Below are positions 30,101 through 38,673 of a DNA stretch of 64,000 nucleotides, in pieces. Positions within the stretch are counted from its first letter, which is position 1. Each line of letters starts with the position of its first letter. Below the pieces are notes generated by a model that worked only from the letters and a program-made list of their open reading frames with translations, had not been told where the DNA came from and ran no database searches. The stretch lies in the sequence record OR844650.1; one strand, written 5' to 3'. Position numbers and translations under genes: made by a program.

Positions 30101-31166
30101 TAGCTTAACTGAAGCAGAAATAGTTGACAATGACCTATCTGATGGTGATAAGGTGATGATTTTCACTCCTGATGGTGAAGATTTTGTGAGATATCAAAAT
30201 CACACATGGGAAACAATCTTGCGTGTATCTAACATCAAAAACAATACAACTCCGATCCTATTCACTGTAAGAAATACAGGTAAGGAAACGATTGAATTGA
30301 TTGATGAGAGTACTGGTGCAGTTCTCCGTTATGATAACATCACTCTTGCACAACAAAATGAGCCAGTACAGCCTCTAGCATTGAACATTGTTCGTGTTAG
30401 AACATTTGCTGACCCTGAATTTGTCAAGAATGGTATTAAATTGTATGAACAAAATAGAAATTACACCATTGATGTAATTAATTATGATGTTTTCTACGAT
30501 ACTACTTTAAATGGTGGTAAGTACAATGACGGAATAACACCAGATGACGTTGACGTTTGGATAATCTCCAATGAAATATTTGATGTTGATGGAATTACTA
30601 TCGATAACGGTTATAACTTACCAATTACGGGTGCGGGAGTTCTTAGTGAATTGGCAAGAACTAAAATGACTGATAGTTTAGAAATCAACGTTATCGAATA
30701 TGATTCAAGTGTTATTCAACCGTTTAGAAATAATGAAGGGATATGGGTTTATGGATTCCCAATGGTTGACGGTATGTATATCGGTGTTGTTGGTGGTACT
30801 GTTACTAACATCACAACCATTAGTGAAGAAAATACAACCTATGTTTCTCAACCTAAATCAATAAGTCCTTATAGTATTAGAAATAATGTTTTATCCGGTT
30901 CAGCCGCGAACATGAATGATATTATATCGATTGGATATGAAAAAGTTGAAGTTAGAAATGCAAATAATTTACTCCGTGGTGTAATGTATAGTGCAGAACA
31001 TGATTTTAAACTTAATACCACATATTCTTTCAATGGAATTAATTTAGGTAATTATGATATGTTAAAACGTTACACACAAAATAGTTACACTATAGATCTT
31101 TCAGTATACACTGATAGTCTACAAGTTAGTGGTAATGATATTAAAAATATATTATTAGTTAAGTAA
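21195..31166 (+). CDS. Giant (~3320 aa) virion structural protein, probable gp7-like baseplate wedge
   Basis: Uninterrupted ORF after gp6; late-like CATAAATA at 21151-21158; start moved to MTNNF (RBS GGAG). Function is inferred from position. Confidence 0.6.
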   Translation: MTNNFKFQPTQMAEAVQKKLFIKRLPEWMQGLEDIQKVSDDVIQQWFNPAENELVDGYIGDMGSPAAAGNIFLHESTVARQLYQLSTAYVSKNDDSTIRSIQFYDDLVGYMNHYGALTDNESRLFNGKFYAWTPAINPNKMNNFSSYLWDTKNSYNITSPDYIVMERGALNGNTWSLQNFWYTLGETLEDGSILTEELMQDSRFIRARAPIIEYNKNIELINYGTKFRGTVDLFSDIIKPEDIVQKDINSGIRIDGIIPQDGMRILFTSIGNNGENNRIYNVYVKKMQDGTRVYGLALDPEEETESRPSGEPQDGDVVLITKGNEYGNSSMYWNGSLWVRAQSKTSVNVFPKFQLYDRNGIKLDNSTTYPSSNFKGSELFGFKINYNYATDSVYGYNIELGDYNYYIYENFLQSQRYTYDHLGKEVEIDGLYYYNIIDENNEMNLQTDWVRSEEYSKQFVKQTPQVQRTDMYRVFSTVYDMEVFKEPVDGMYAYVIEVDRTYQYYKADRETYLDWHPITGDGVQIVKYDHTFELAQKVLDNDSDIIEVVVDGVDVSKYTKNVSKGQVQSITLDSTVELDEDSVIQIRTYSSTVTPNKELGAYEVPINLQNNPYNSNIIYINQGDYTLHFQDIIQKNITRGSSDDFNDYEERLAKGLVNNGVGTKIIQNEASMLPLMAHTANEDIDLFEATMFMQSEYFRFINKFNTQMLRMYDENPSDFLQNSAANIVDAILTTINMGRDSSFPFYYDNVGSTSGFIRAFIPPTPQFLGILQAYVPEKATFLTAGSKPSCYNISHTGIISKAYRVINGVDKMDDVVYELENRIFNSIDNKFKDVDYVPVLNSDDLFPTPYFTKTEYSAEEKQTLLLRGYINFTATNGISNSTHDYDPNNWRTWNYTGTYYVVNGQSTEIPARGSWRAIYTDQYGTYRPATHPWEMFGFTQRPTWWNQEYEPTAVQVGERDSDVVYVYEALVMNEQGDLVPSGLWDIDGTIGDSSTGTILFGDRRGQYDKYKRFGVQPFKITKTGNKTSSGIDICVVEYIAPEILGLVSGSLNHRAEPWTYGDMGDMEFTYMNTTLFAYDQMMLLYKAKPAQFANYFWDTRNDNLKEVFTDGSQFLYGDTRKRINFDKNTVVHGENSTRTIGYQMFVSDHLMYQNKNITTKYGDVVRSSYINVGHKIGGFTKADQLTFNAKSFGLISQENQTIGLVRSNNIRDEQMSAIKITWNGSAYQIDGYDLVGAKFKYKLPVKNGRKVTLKLENRNVVHYNEWKSEASIEYGKVFNSYQEVYTFICGYGEYLKEHGWIFEDVNDSGAQQDWNTIAKDFVIWSQNSLVTGEFISCTPSAANAKFGADFGSVQSITQNNGGVWSLLDDNNQGIRQYEIETSRIGNIFTVRTLESNKRIALIRLSLCSYEHAVIFDDKTIFGDYIYQPTYGSIQELIKMYGYITGSWTGRLQAPGFIILEAGTLPSFEKLVSDFQHYYDSETPVSDVQLQELSNHLIGYQSRDYLQRMISSDVSRVDFYKGFIHDKGTNQVLERVLRVSKSYDTDEYKALQEWAFKIGTYGNIDGKKNLQFKLINDQFKQQPQMVSFDVNATSNGNGNHIVYFGEQGKDPRWITRPNGKFSFPMRSGRSENIQLPDIGPVTLDEVSYTTKDFSTAYNDRITYTNGKGENPESVWMFKDGNGLWNIFELVDTNVQMVSITPIENTDVYAEQFCKVTLTDNVPLEDGDYYYFVDETNFMPDTLTVESQYYTAGSDPKVMVVPFDTSIDIEFTDPDTRPRLYRYVSRFASTDDRQAYIDKKYSFKAPQSTLFDRPTTYDERTNITELYLNVYDPINGVIPGAAMQNVTYTSPVDPAQYNSNGELIQAWGADKVGQVWWNTSTAFYLDYTRAIYDADGNVDIDATNEYKRYNWGRLLPHSTIDVLEWVCSPVEPYNWDKYCKDVAKKNKNNTMYLPSGTALEDNYSTFLEYDSSTDSYVTKYYFWVRDTIYVPPLHTRTKSCTDIARIIKDPTQLNIPWFAPINENSFILSNMQFKVNDDTSILTVSYYMDSTEVVKHDQYQLCKEGDSYNFNPLIWDSMWNSLIGQETTESGSVINLLYPDVDNGLGSNKTWFQNVIEARRNFVESANNYYRSQNITTNSVVMEDVFNVKTTEVNPNEVSFRVLSYNNELVIAVESDKFKENDAVILSTSGYLPNPLTSSAVYFIHFDENGYIQLMNSPANAGSVVTITLENKGEGQHKMIKQSDYVESLGTSLDMTQYWSYADWYDVGYDSNTTYTQESSLEDANTKNYQVGDIIRVTDSENIWTLYIKSQSRDSIYWKAIGRENSTVELNDMLYADYSVHNDNGSLSNREINVRKALALLKNSFDLHQSEIVFDMVKYVHVEQSVVDWVFKTSYIYIVGLEQSLVQNYSNDNLINQIVEYFEEVKPYRTKIRSQIEQKTSDDDLIKGLCNDLDPNGYIFVDGSWIKTEKDIWDYEYAQFNEITQKWEQVGSLPSDFVTPNRRFQEIDIIMHYDNIQCKPNEDLASINELVSVNNKYQSNEKDAVSNYELQRYIYSFPEYSEETFDLLIAYQMQIYYPELDVTLGTAYGVNQWYKDHAEDLEATDEFTATLERVYKESTHNDMFTDLRQYVQYNTLANRLKLYKDISDEKIHDEVGCGFSGLTYNDNPSTRLPLGFSSSNDYNYGYFEISSELYQKYISLIKDKNPDASDYEVKVKLEVEYGVYVYRYDEVGGDTRFYTDAIHVLAGMRGLFDKDATDKYEKAEEILSKTPIDIYAITMIPRKYVYLNVNGVYQSIPDEQSIDDFMEDYFITNGEMVELAEINLDDLPLDQNNPMYSDYQYILDSITEAKYFNDMNAFDNLALESQTSSIKWEVKDDEVDPYIVDISDINPSGRDVGQIRFTVDGYGFDNVSLVQLRDNSRYQTEGMAIINPYKHTEAIVSIPSYAKIENDINKTTSKFDEKYFYRVRSINSLTEAEIVDNDLSDGDKVMIFTPDGEDFVRYQNHTWETILRVSNIKNNTTPILFTVRNTGKETIELIDESTGAVLRYDNITLAQQNEPVQPLALNIVRVRTFADPEFVKNGIKLYEQNRNYTIDVINYDVFYDTTLNGGKYNDGITPDDVDVWIISNEIFDVDGITIDNGYNLPITGAGVLSELARTKMTDSLEINVIEYDSSVIQPFRNNEGIWVYGFPMVDGMYIGVVGGTVTNITTISEENTTYVSQPKSISPYSIRNNVLSGSAANMNDIISIGYEKVEVRNANNLLRGVMYSAEHDFKLNTTYSFNGINLGNYDMLKRYTQNSYTIDLSVYTDSLQVSGNDIKNILLVK

Positions 31167-31169
31167 TAA

Positions 31170-31196
31170 AAAAGGAGAGCATAATGCTCTCCTTTT
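31170..31196. terminator. Bidirectional intrinsic terminator
   Basis: AAAAGGAGAGCA-TAA-TGCTCTCCTTTT between convergent genes. Confidence 0.85.
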
Positions 31197-31202
31197 CTTT
31201 TT

Positions 31203-33491
31203 TTATACTAGTGCTTTATCTACAGCTTTGGTACGTTTCGGCTTAATACCGATTTTACCATCAATAACATCAAATGTAATGTTACCACCATTCACAAGTG
31301 AACCACACAACATTTCTTTAGCTAGTGGTACACGAATGTTTTGTTCAATGGTACGTTTCATTGGACGTGCACCCATACCAACTTTTACCCCATTTTTCGC
31401 AAGCCATTCACGTGCAGCTTTTGTCAATGTAACTTTAACATTACGGTCTTTGACTTGTTCATTCAAACCACCCATGAACTTATCAATGATGCTGTCAATA
31501 GCTTCACTGCTTAGGTCTTTAAACGTAACGATACTATCAATACGGTTAATAAACTCTGGTGGCAAGAATGCTTTAATTGCCTTGTCCTGTGCAGTGTCAC
31601 TACCGCTCATACCAATGCTACGCTTTGTTGAATCAGCCGCACCAAGGTTTGTAGTCATAATAACAGTTACGTTATTAAAATATACAGTTTTACCTTGAGA
31701 ACCAGTCAGACGACCTTCATCCAAAACCTGTAGGAAGGTTAGTAGTACTTTACGATCTGCTTTTTCAATTTCATCAAGTAACAGTACTGCATTAGGGAAC
31801 TGCTCAATTTTATCCAACAGTAAACCGTTACCAGAATCATGACCAACATAACCTGGAGGTGAACCAATTAGTTTAGAAACAGTATGTTCTTGAGAAAATT
31901 CTGACATATCAAAGCGAATGAGTTCCGCACCAGTTGCGTCTGCTAATGCTTTGGTAATTTCTGTTTTACCAGTACCAGATGGTCCAACAAACATAAATGC
32001 ACCCTGAACACTAGATTTGTCACGCAGTCCTGCACGAGCTACCATCACGTTATCAACTAATTTTTGAATAGCTTCCTCTTGACCGTATACACGTGAGCGT
32101 AGTGCATCTGGTAGATTACGCATACGATCACTTTCAGTACATGCAACCACGTTGATATCCAAATTGGCAATACCAGCAACAACTTCTTGAATCAAATTGG
32201 CAGTAATTAGCTTACTATTGTTGTCACGTGAACGAACTTTAGCCGCAGCAGCATCCATTAGATCAATTGCTTTATCTGGGAAGTGCTTATTCTTCAGGAA
32301 TTTATCACTGAGAGAAATTACAGCATCCATTGCATCAGATGTGAACTCAACATTATGGAATTTTTCATACGTTGGTTTCAAACCATTAACAATTGCACGA
32401 GTTTCATCAATTGTCGGCTCAACTACGTCAATTTTCATAAAACGACGAGTTAATGCACTATCTTTCTCGATATTTTTACGATATTCATCATATGTTGTTG
32501 CACCAATTACACGAATCTCACCACGTGAAAGTGCTGGCTTAAGCATATTGCTCATGTCCATAGAACCATTACTTGCGGAACCAGCCCCAACCATAATATG
32601 AATTTCATCAATGAAAACAATAGTATTTTCACGTTTCTTTAGTTCTTTTAGCAAATTGTCGATGCGTTCTTCAAATTCACCACGATACTTAGTACCAGCA
32701 GTCAATGCACCAACATTTAGTGAAAGAATTTCAACGTCTTTCAGGTGTTCAGGTACGTTACCATCAGCAATAGCTTGTGCAAGCCCGTCGATGATTTGTG
32801 TTTTACCTACACCAGCTTCACCAGTGAGAATAGCATTCTTTTTGGTTTTGCGAGCAAGAGTCTCAATCAATGCAGACAATTCTTTCTGGCGACCAATCAT
32901 AGGATCTAGTTTGCCTTCTTTTGCAAGAGCAGTTAGATTCGTTGTATAGTCTTCCAAACCTTTTTGTTTAGATGATTGCTGCTGTTGGGCCACTTTTTTA
33001 TCTCCAATCGGTTCGTCATTAATACTTTGTAAGTTGATACCCTTATCAAGTGACTCAACGTGTTTCTGTAATGCACGTGCAGCTTCAGTACAGCTAACAC
33101 CTTCTTCTTTTAACGCAGCTTCTAGTGCTGTGTTAGGGAAAGACAGACATTCGAATAGAACAAAATATGCATCAATCGAAAAATCATCACTTTTTAGTTG
33201 TTCAATAACTGATTTTTTAGAAAGCTCATGTACAACGCGATTCACTAGAAGTGAAGTTCGATTCGCGTCTTCATCTTTAACACTTTTTGGTGCATGTGGA
33301 ACTGTTGTATTTTTAAGATAGTTCATTAGGCGGTTGTGCAGTTTGTCTGCATCAATGTTCATATCTTCAAATACGTTCTTGATGCTATCAATAGTCAGTA
33401 CTGTGGCACTTACGTGGTCAATAGTCAAGAATGTATGACCTAGAGATGTTGCCAGTTCGTCGCTTTTTTTGAACAATTGAGTAAGATTCAT
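31203..33491 (-). CDS. clpA: ATP-dependent Clp protease ATP-binding subunit (ClpA-like, two AAA+ domains)
   Basis: Clp N-domain, GEAGVGKT and GPSGTGKT Walker A motifs, [11 protein letters not shown] and GSPPGYVG pore loops, FIDEIH and LLDEIEK Walker B motifs. Start at MNLT (RBS AGGAG). Confidence 0.92.
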   Translation of the reverse strand: MNLTQLFKKSDELATSLGHTFLTIDHVSATVLTIDSIKNVFEDMNIDADKLHNRLMNYLKNTTVPHAPKSVKDEDANRTSLLVNRVVHELSKKSVIEQLKSDDFSIDAYFVLFECLSFPNTALEAALKEEGVSCTEAARALQKHVESLDKGINLQSINDEPIGDKKVAQQQQSSKQKGLEDYTTNLTALAKEGKLDPMIGRQKELSALIETLARKTKKNAILTGEAGVGKTQIIDGLAQAIADGNVPEHLKDVEILSLNVGALTAGTKYRGEFEERIDNLLKELKKRENTIVFIDEIHIMVGAGSASNGSMDMSNMLKPALSRGEIRVIGATTYDEYRKNIEKDSALTRRFMKIDVVEPTIDETRAIVNGLKPTYEKFHNVEFTSDAMDAVISLSDKFLKNKHFPDKAIDLMDAAAAKVRSRDNNSKLITANLIQEVVAGIANLDINVVACTESDRMRNLPDALRSRVYGQEEAIQKLVDNVMVARAGLRDKSSVQGAFMFVGPSGTGKTEITKALADATGAELIRFDMSEFSQEHTVSKLIGSPPGYVGHDSGNGLLLDKIEQFPNAVLLLDEIEKADRKVLLTFLQVLDEGRLTGSQGKTVYFNNVTVIMTTNLGAADSTKRSIGMSGSDTAQDKAIKAFLPPEFINRIDSIVTFKDLSSEAIDSIIDKFMGGLNEQVKDRNVKVTLTKAAREWLAKNGVKVGMGARPMKRTIEQNIRVPLAKEMLCGSLVNGGNITFDVIDGKIGIKPKRTKAVDKALV

Positions 33492-33531
33492 GTATTCTCC
33501 TATGTGATTCACGTCACTCTAATTAATAAAC

Positions 33532-33559
33532 ATTATATCACATTCTTACGGTTTGTCTA
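33532..33559 (-). promoter_or_regulatory. Sigma70-type early promoter for clpA (TAGACA-N16-TATAAT, extended -10)
   Basis: Minus strand reads TAGACAaaccgtaagaatgtgaTATAAT. Confidence 0.75.
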
Positions 33560-33601
33560 CAAGGTAAATAAAGATATACCCGATTTATTTTGGAGACAAT
33601 C

Positions 33602-35095
33602 ATGACATATAGAATGTGGAAAAAAGGTAGAACCAATGATTACAAGTTCATTGATTCTGCCATTGCTGAACAATACAACATTGGTGGAGTTGACATGTGG
33701 CTTTATGCATATGTCGGTCCAAAACAAGTTGCTGACAACACTGACTTATCCTATGGAGGTGATTATACATCTTCAGGATCAGTTGTGTCAAGTATTGGCG
33801 ATTTAATTTTTGGTGACACACCAAACAGAAACTACAACCTTGAAGCTATCACACTTAGTTGTGTCTATCAAGTTCAAGAAGCAACTCCAGACTTGAAAAT
33901 CCCAGGATTGTTCTTTAATTTCAACACTATGGACATCACAATCCATTATAATACAATGATGCAGCGTTTAGGTAGAAAAATCATGCCTGGGGATGTGATA
34001 GAACTACCAAATTTACGTGATTTTGATGTATTGGGTAAAGATACAGGTCTAAACCGCTTCTATGTCGTCCAAGATGCATTTCGTACATCTGAGGGATACT
34101 CGGTTACGTGGCAACATCACATTTATAAACTTAGAGTTAAACCGCTAACCGACTCACCTGAGTACTCCGATTTACTCGGTAACAATAATTATCCTGATAA
34201 TCCAGATGACCCTAATAATGGTAATGGAAATACCGATGATGGTTCGTCGGAAAACAGTAACTATGGCAATGAAATGGATATCATGAACCGTATCATCATG
34301 CAAGCTGATGATGAAGTACCCTATATTCATTATACAAACGAACATTTGTATGATGATCGACCTGATACAGTAGATTTATCAAAATATATGCTTAACGGTT
34401 ATGATTTTCCAGAAGAACCTGCCGATGGAATGTATTTTTTGAAAAAAACATACCCAGTACTCAAAGAGTTTGTTAATGATACATGGATTTCTGTGGAAGT
34501 TAAGCGTGGAACCATCTTTCCCAGAAAACCAATGGATGGTGACTTCTTCTTTAAAGAAAATGACGCAGATGTGACAGGTTATACGTTGTATCAATATGAT
34601 AAAAGTGCTAAAAAATGGTTAAATTGTGATGTAGAATATACTACCAGTGATGTTCCACCAGAAGATGTGGAAGATTTTTGTATTTTTTATAAAGAACCAC
34701 ACATTTATCAGTATAATGATGACAAGTGGGGGGAACCAAAGGTAACTTATGTCAATGAACCATTCACGTCCAATTGTGTATATGGTAATATTGATTCGCA
34801 ACAAGATTATCGTCCTAAAATTCCACCAGCACGAGGTACAGTCCCTGAAGGAAATATGTTCCCAACTGATGCAGTAGATGGTGACTATTTCTATCGCACC
34901 GATTATACTCCAGTTACGTTATGGGAATTCAATGCAACTAAGAATTCATGGGTTATTTTTGATTATGGTGGAAGAAAACCGTGGGAAGGTGCAGACTTAG
35001 CACTTACACAGTTTGTAAATAGTGATAACAAAGTTCCATTACATGACGCAGTTAAACCTAATACTGTTTATCGCATACATAAGGACACAGAATGA
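33602..35095 (+). CDS. Neck / head-completion protein (gp14-like) with a repetitive C-terminal extension
   Basis: YKFIDSAIAEQYNIGGVDMWLY...LGRKIMPGDVIELPNL...WQHHIYKLRVKPLTDSPEY; lies upstream of the gp15-like gene. Start moved to 33602 (RBS GGAG). Confidence 0.65.
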   Translation: MTYRMWKKGRTNDYKFIDSAIAEQYNIGGVDMWLYAYVGPKQVADNTDLSYGGDYTSSGSVVSSIGDLIFGDTPNRNYNLEAITLSCVYQVQEATPDLKIPGLFFNFNTMDITIHYNTMMQRLGRKIMPGDVIELPNLRDFDVLGKDTGLNRFYVVQDAFRTSEGYSVTWQHHIYKLRVKPLTDSPEYSDLLGNNNYPDNPDDPNNGNGNTDDGSSENSNYGNEMDIMNRIIMQADDEVPYIHYTNEHLYDDRPDTVDLSKYMLNGYDFPEEPADGMYFLKKTYPVLKEFVNDTWISVEVKRGTIFPRKPMDGDFFFKENDADVTGYTLYQYDKSAKKWLNCDVEYTTSDVPPEDVEDFCIFYKEPHIYQYNDDKWGEPKVTYVNEPFTSNCVYGNIDSQQDYRPKIPPARGTVPEGNMFPTDAVDGDYFYRTDYTPVTLWEFNATKNSWVIFDYGGRKPWEGADLALTQFVNSDNKVPLHDAVKPNTVYRIHKDTE

Positions 35096-36435
35096 AAATA
35101 GATTATTATTATGACGGTCAATTTCGCAGAGTACTGAAACATCTTATCAGAGTTTTTGGTGAATTTCAAGTACAAAATGGTATTGATGCTAATGGAAACC
35201 CAAAATACAAAAAGGTTCCATGTCGCTATGCCGATATTTCAAGAATGGCAGCAGCAATTATAAATGGGAATAGTGAAAATGTTCTCCCATCAGCACCTAT
35301 AATGACCATAAGTGTTAATCAACTAAAGTTGGATCGTAAAAATATTCGTTCTAATGCCAACGAAACTATAGTAATGGGGTCTAACAAGTCCCCTGCTATT
35401 AATGAGTACACAAAAGATCTTGACACACAATACAAAATTGTAAGACATAACCCAGTACCTTGGACTTTTACGTTTGATTTGAATATTTGGGTAACTCAAA
35501 CTCAAACTAAAATGGAATTATTCGAACAAATCTCAACTTTGTTTGCACCTAGTATACAACTTCAATTATCTGATAACCCGTTAGATTGGACATCGCTTAG
35601 TGATGTTGAACTAATAGATTGTCAGTTTTCTACTCGTGGTTTTCCACAAGGAACTGACCCAGATTTGGATATAATGGTTTTAACATTTGAAACGACAATA
35701 TGGTTTTCTTTACCAGCTATTGTTGAAAAACCAAAATTAATCCAACAGATTACTACAAATATTAAAGGTGCTCGTGACGAATTTGATTTTGAAATGGGAA
35801 ATTATTCAGATATAATAACAGATGTTTTTACACCCAAGAATTTATGCATTAAAGTTGAAGAAATTACTAATTCCAAGTATAATTTACCTGATACATACCA
35901 ACTTACCTTGGTTAGCCAATCGCTATCGGCGGTTTCCCCCAACGGTGGAATATATTCATGGGAAAAATATCTTAAATATCTAGAACCAAATTTTGATGAC
36001 AAAAAAGTAGGGATTAAATTTCAACAATCTATTGAAGAAGACAACCCACTAAAAGGTCATATAGCGTCGTATGGTGAAAATGAAGATGCCAACAAAATTA
36101 TAGTACAGCTTGATAATACCAATTATACTGTTGATTACACTATACATGGGTTTGTGCAGAAAGATTCAGTACTTTCAAGTGCATTACCTGAACAATATTA
36201 TGTAAATAACAGTATACATAACATCATTTATAAAGAAACCGAAATCCCATCAAATTATTTGTTTAAAATTACAAATGACGGTGCACAATTAATTGATCCA
36301 TCTACTGTACGAAATTACATTTATAATAAAGAAGACAATGGTTATTATAGATATAATGACAAATTTAAATGGCATAAAAGTATCATGCCTGTGTATCGTC
36401 AGGGATATTGGAAAATAACTTTCACTGACAAATAA
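35092..36435 (+). CDS. Tail sheath stabiliser / tail terminator (gp15-like)
   Basis: YYYDGQFRRVLKHLIRVF...KVPCRYAD...PVPWTFTFDLNIW...ELFEQISTLFAP motif. Confidence 0.75.
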   Translation: MKIDYYYDGQFRRVLKHLIRVFGEFQVQNGIDANGNPKYKKVPCRYADISRMAAAIINGNSENVLPSAPIMTISVNQLKLDRKNIRSNANETIVMGSNKSPAINEYTKDLDTQYKIVRHNPVPWTFTFDLNIWVTQTQTKMELFEQISTLFAPSIQLQLSDNPLDWTSLSDVELIDCQFSTRGFPQGTDPDLDIMVLTFETTIWFSLPAIVEKPKLIQQITTNIKGARDEFDFEMGNYSDIITDVFTPKNLCIKVEEITNSKYNLPDTYQLTLVSQSLSAVSPNGGIYSWEKYLKYLEPNFDDKKVGIKFQQSIEEDNPLKGHIASYGENEDANKIIVQLDNTNYTVDYTIHGFVQKDSVLSSALPEQYYVNNSIHNIIYKETEIPSNYLFKITNDGAQLIDPSTVRNYIYNKEDNGYYRYNDKFKWHKSIMPVYRQGYWKITFTDK

Positions 36436-36448
36436 AGGAGGTGTTGTT

Positions 36449-36913
36449 ATGAATGAAGCGGTTGGTGCTATATTTTTATCAAAAAGTACTGGACATATGA
36501 TGTTAAACTTGCGTTCTGAAAGAAGTACCTATTCTAACAACTGGGCATTTGTTGGTGGAAAGCTTGAACATAACGAAACACCACTACAAGGTCTGATGCG
36601 AGAAATTAAAGAAGAGTTGGGCAACTCAATACCTAACATTATTGATATTATACCGTTTGATGTATTTTGTACAAAAAATGGTAAATTTAAATATTATTCA
36701 TTTGTTATTGTAGTTGAGAATGAATTTGTACCAACTTTAAATCATGAAAGCTCTGGTTATGCTTGGGTTAGAATTGGTTCTTGGCCTAAACCATTACACC
36801 CTGGTGCTAAAAATACTTTACTTAACACAAACTTAATGAAAGATTTTTACTCACTATGGGAAAGTATACGTGAAGGTACACAGTTTGTCAACAGTTTACC
36901 ATATAGATATTAA
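36449..36913 (+). CDS. Nudix hydrolase
   Basis: Canonical Nudix box GKLEHNETPLQGLMREIKEELG. Confidence 0.9.
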   Translation: MNEAVGAIFLSKSTGHMMLNLRSERSTYSNNWAFVGGKLEHNETPLQGLMREIKEELGNSIPNIIDIIPFDVFCTKNGKFKYYSFVIVVENEFVPTLNHESSGYAWVRIGSWPKPLHPGAKNTLLNTNLMKDFYSLWESIREGTQFVNSLPYRY

Positions 36914-36916
36914 AAC

Positions 36917-36942
36917 AAAAAGGAGCCGTGTGGCTCCTTTTT
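36917..36942. terminator. Bidirectional intrinsic terminator
   Basis: AAAAAGGAGCC-GTGT-GGCTCCTTTTT between convergent genes. Confidence 0.85.
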
Positions 36943-38043
36943 TTATACTCCAATAATCGGAATACCTGTAATATTTAACAACACGGATGCTTGTAGTTTA
37001 ACGGATTCACCAGCAGTTAGATTACTAATGCTACCATCAACTCGAAAACCTAAATTTTTATTTGAGTTTAGAGAATTGATAACCCAATTTTCATAATCAG
37101 CTTTAGATGTTCCATTAGGATTTGGGATAGATGGATCTACACCATTAATAACAATATTTACGTCCCAGTTTGGGCGACTACTGGTAATAACATCTTTTAT
37201 GGATTCTAATTGTGTAATCCTACGTGGGTCTGGCATTTGACTTGCCCCCACCGAACCAGGAACAAAAGTTCCTTGATTATCTACATAAAATTGCCCTTTT
37301 ATAAAAAAGGTTTTTGAATTGTATGGAAGAGAAACTATCTCACCAGAAGAATCATTTACTTCTCTAATCATAATTTTTAATTCATAGAAATAGTTGCTAC
37401 CAAATTCAAAGACACCAGTACCATTAGTTAATGTTGTCCAGTTATTTGTATCTACTTGTGAAGTACCACCTAAGTTAAAATACGCAATTGGTTTAGTACT
37501 ATTACTTTGTGTGAACTCTATATATTTTTTACCATTATCATAGTTAATATCTAATAATGATGAATACTCTTTGTTTTCTGGTCTAGATGTTTGAATTTCA
37601 CGCCATTCTTTGTTTTTCATTAACACACGAAGAGAATCACCGTTACTAGTTAATACCATACGACCCATAACACTATTTTCACCATCAGGCACTGTGTTAA
37701 AAACAGTAATCATAGGGATAGACGCCCACTCAGCTTCACTTACCATATCAGCAGGTTGTCTAGCATTATCAACTAATGATATCAATAACTCACCAGTACT
37801 ACCAGTGTTTCTATACCAAAGTTGACCATTGACGTTGCCACGTGGTGCAGATGCTGAACTGAAATTTTCAACTAAATGTAAAAAGTTTTCATTCCATGCT
37901 TGACCGTAACTTACTTTATTTCTACCAACTAAATTTAACGGAACTGGGTTACTTCCGGGCTGGTTTGGTCCTAAAATAACATTATTTGGAATGGTAGCAT
38001 AAACACTACCATTACTTCTATAAATTGTATAATTAACACTCAT
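36943..38043 (-). CDS. Putative virion structural / fibre-attachment protein
   Basis: LNLVGRNKVSYGQAWNENFLHLVENFSSASAP...GQLWY motif seen in large-phage virion proteins; lies in a late-promoter operon. Confidence 0.5.
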   Translation of the reverse strand: MSVNYTIYRSNGSVYATIPNNVILGPNQPGSNPVPLNLVGRNKVSYGQAWNENFLHLVENFSSASAPRGNVNGQLWYRNTGSTGELLISLVDNARQPADMVSEAEWASIPMITVFNTVPDGENSVMGRMVLTSNGDSLRVLMKNKEWREIQTSRPENKEYSSLLDINYDNGKKYIEFTQSNSTKPIAYFNLGGTSQVDTNNWTTLTNGTGVFEFGSNYFYELKIMIREVNDSSGEIVSLPYNSKTFFIKGQFYVDNQGTFVPGSVGASQMPDPRRITQLESIKDVITSSRPNWDVNIVINGVDPSIPNPNGTSKADYENWVINSLNSNKNLGFRVDGSISNLTAGESVKLQASVLLNITGIPIIGV

Positions 38044-38055
38044 TATATGTCCCCA

Positions 38056-38664
38056 TTATTGTAATTGTACACGAACTGTGTATTTAATTTGTAAGACACG
38101 GTTTGCACTTTTCTCAACTGGGTGAAAAATGATATGGGTTAAAGGAATACCACTATCGCCATCCGTGTATAATCCCAATTCATCAAACACATAAGTTCCA
38201 TCCATGCTTGTCCCTGAGCTTACACCTTGGTCGGATGGTTCACCTAACCCTAGAGTACAAATACATACAATATCAGTATAGGACTGTCCTGGTATATGTA
38301 CAGTTGTAATATTATTGTATTGTGAATCAATACCTGCCGTAATTCGTGGGTTGATTTTTTTCAAATATGTTTGTGAATACAAACCACCAAATGATGTAAC
38401 ACGTGGTTTTTTATAAGTAACACGACCAGTACTTAAAACTACTGTACCACCATTACCAAAACGCATCTCGCTAATAGAACCAATAGGAATACCAGTACTG
38501 TCTTGATTATATGCTAACGCATTAGCAATGGCAGTACTCATATTTTCAGGGTGAATAGCGTTAGATTTATCTAAAACGATTTTTTGATTTGATGGATCAG
38601 TAACGTCAGTAATTAGGACATGACCTTTAACAAATAGTTTTGGTTGTTCTGTTTCTAATTTCAT
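38056..38664 (-). CDS. Putative baseplate/tail-collar structural protein (DUF3751-like)
   Basis: YVFDELGL...LTHIIFHPVEKSANRVLQIKYTVRV C-terminal motif. Confidence 0.5.
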   Translation of the reverse strand: MKLETEQPKLFVKGHVLITDVTDPSNQKIVLDKSNAIHPENMSTAIANALAYNQDSTGIPIGSISEMRFGNGGTVVLSTGRVTYKKPRVTSFGGLYSQTYLKKINPRITAGIDSQYNNITTVHIPGQSYTDIVCICTLGLGEPSDQGVSSGTSMDGTYVFDELGLYTDGDSGIPLTHIIFHPVEKSANRVLQIKYTVRVQLQ

Positions 38665-38673
38665 TTCTAATCC

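Noticed and set aside
31228-33321. Plus-strand ORFs overlapping clpA
   Set aside because: Antisense shadows of a highly conserved ATPase; no translation signals.
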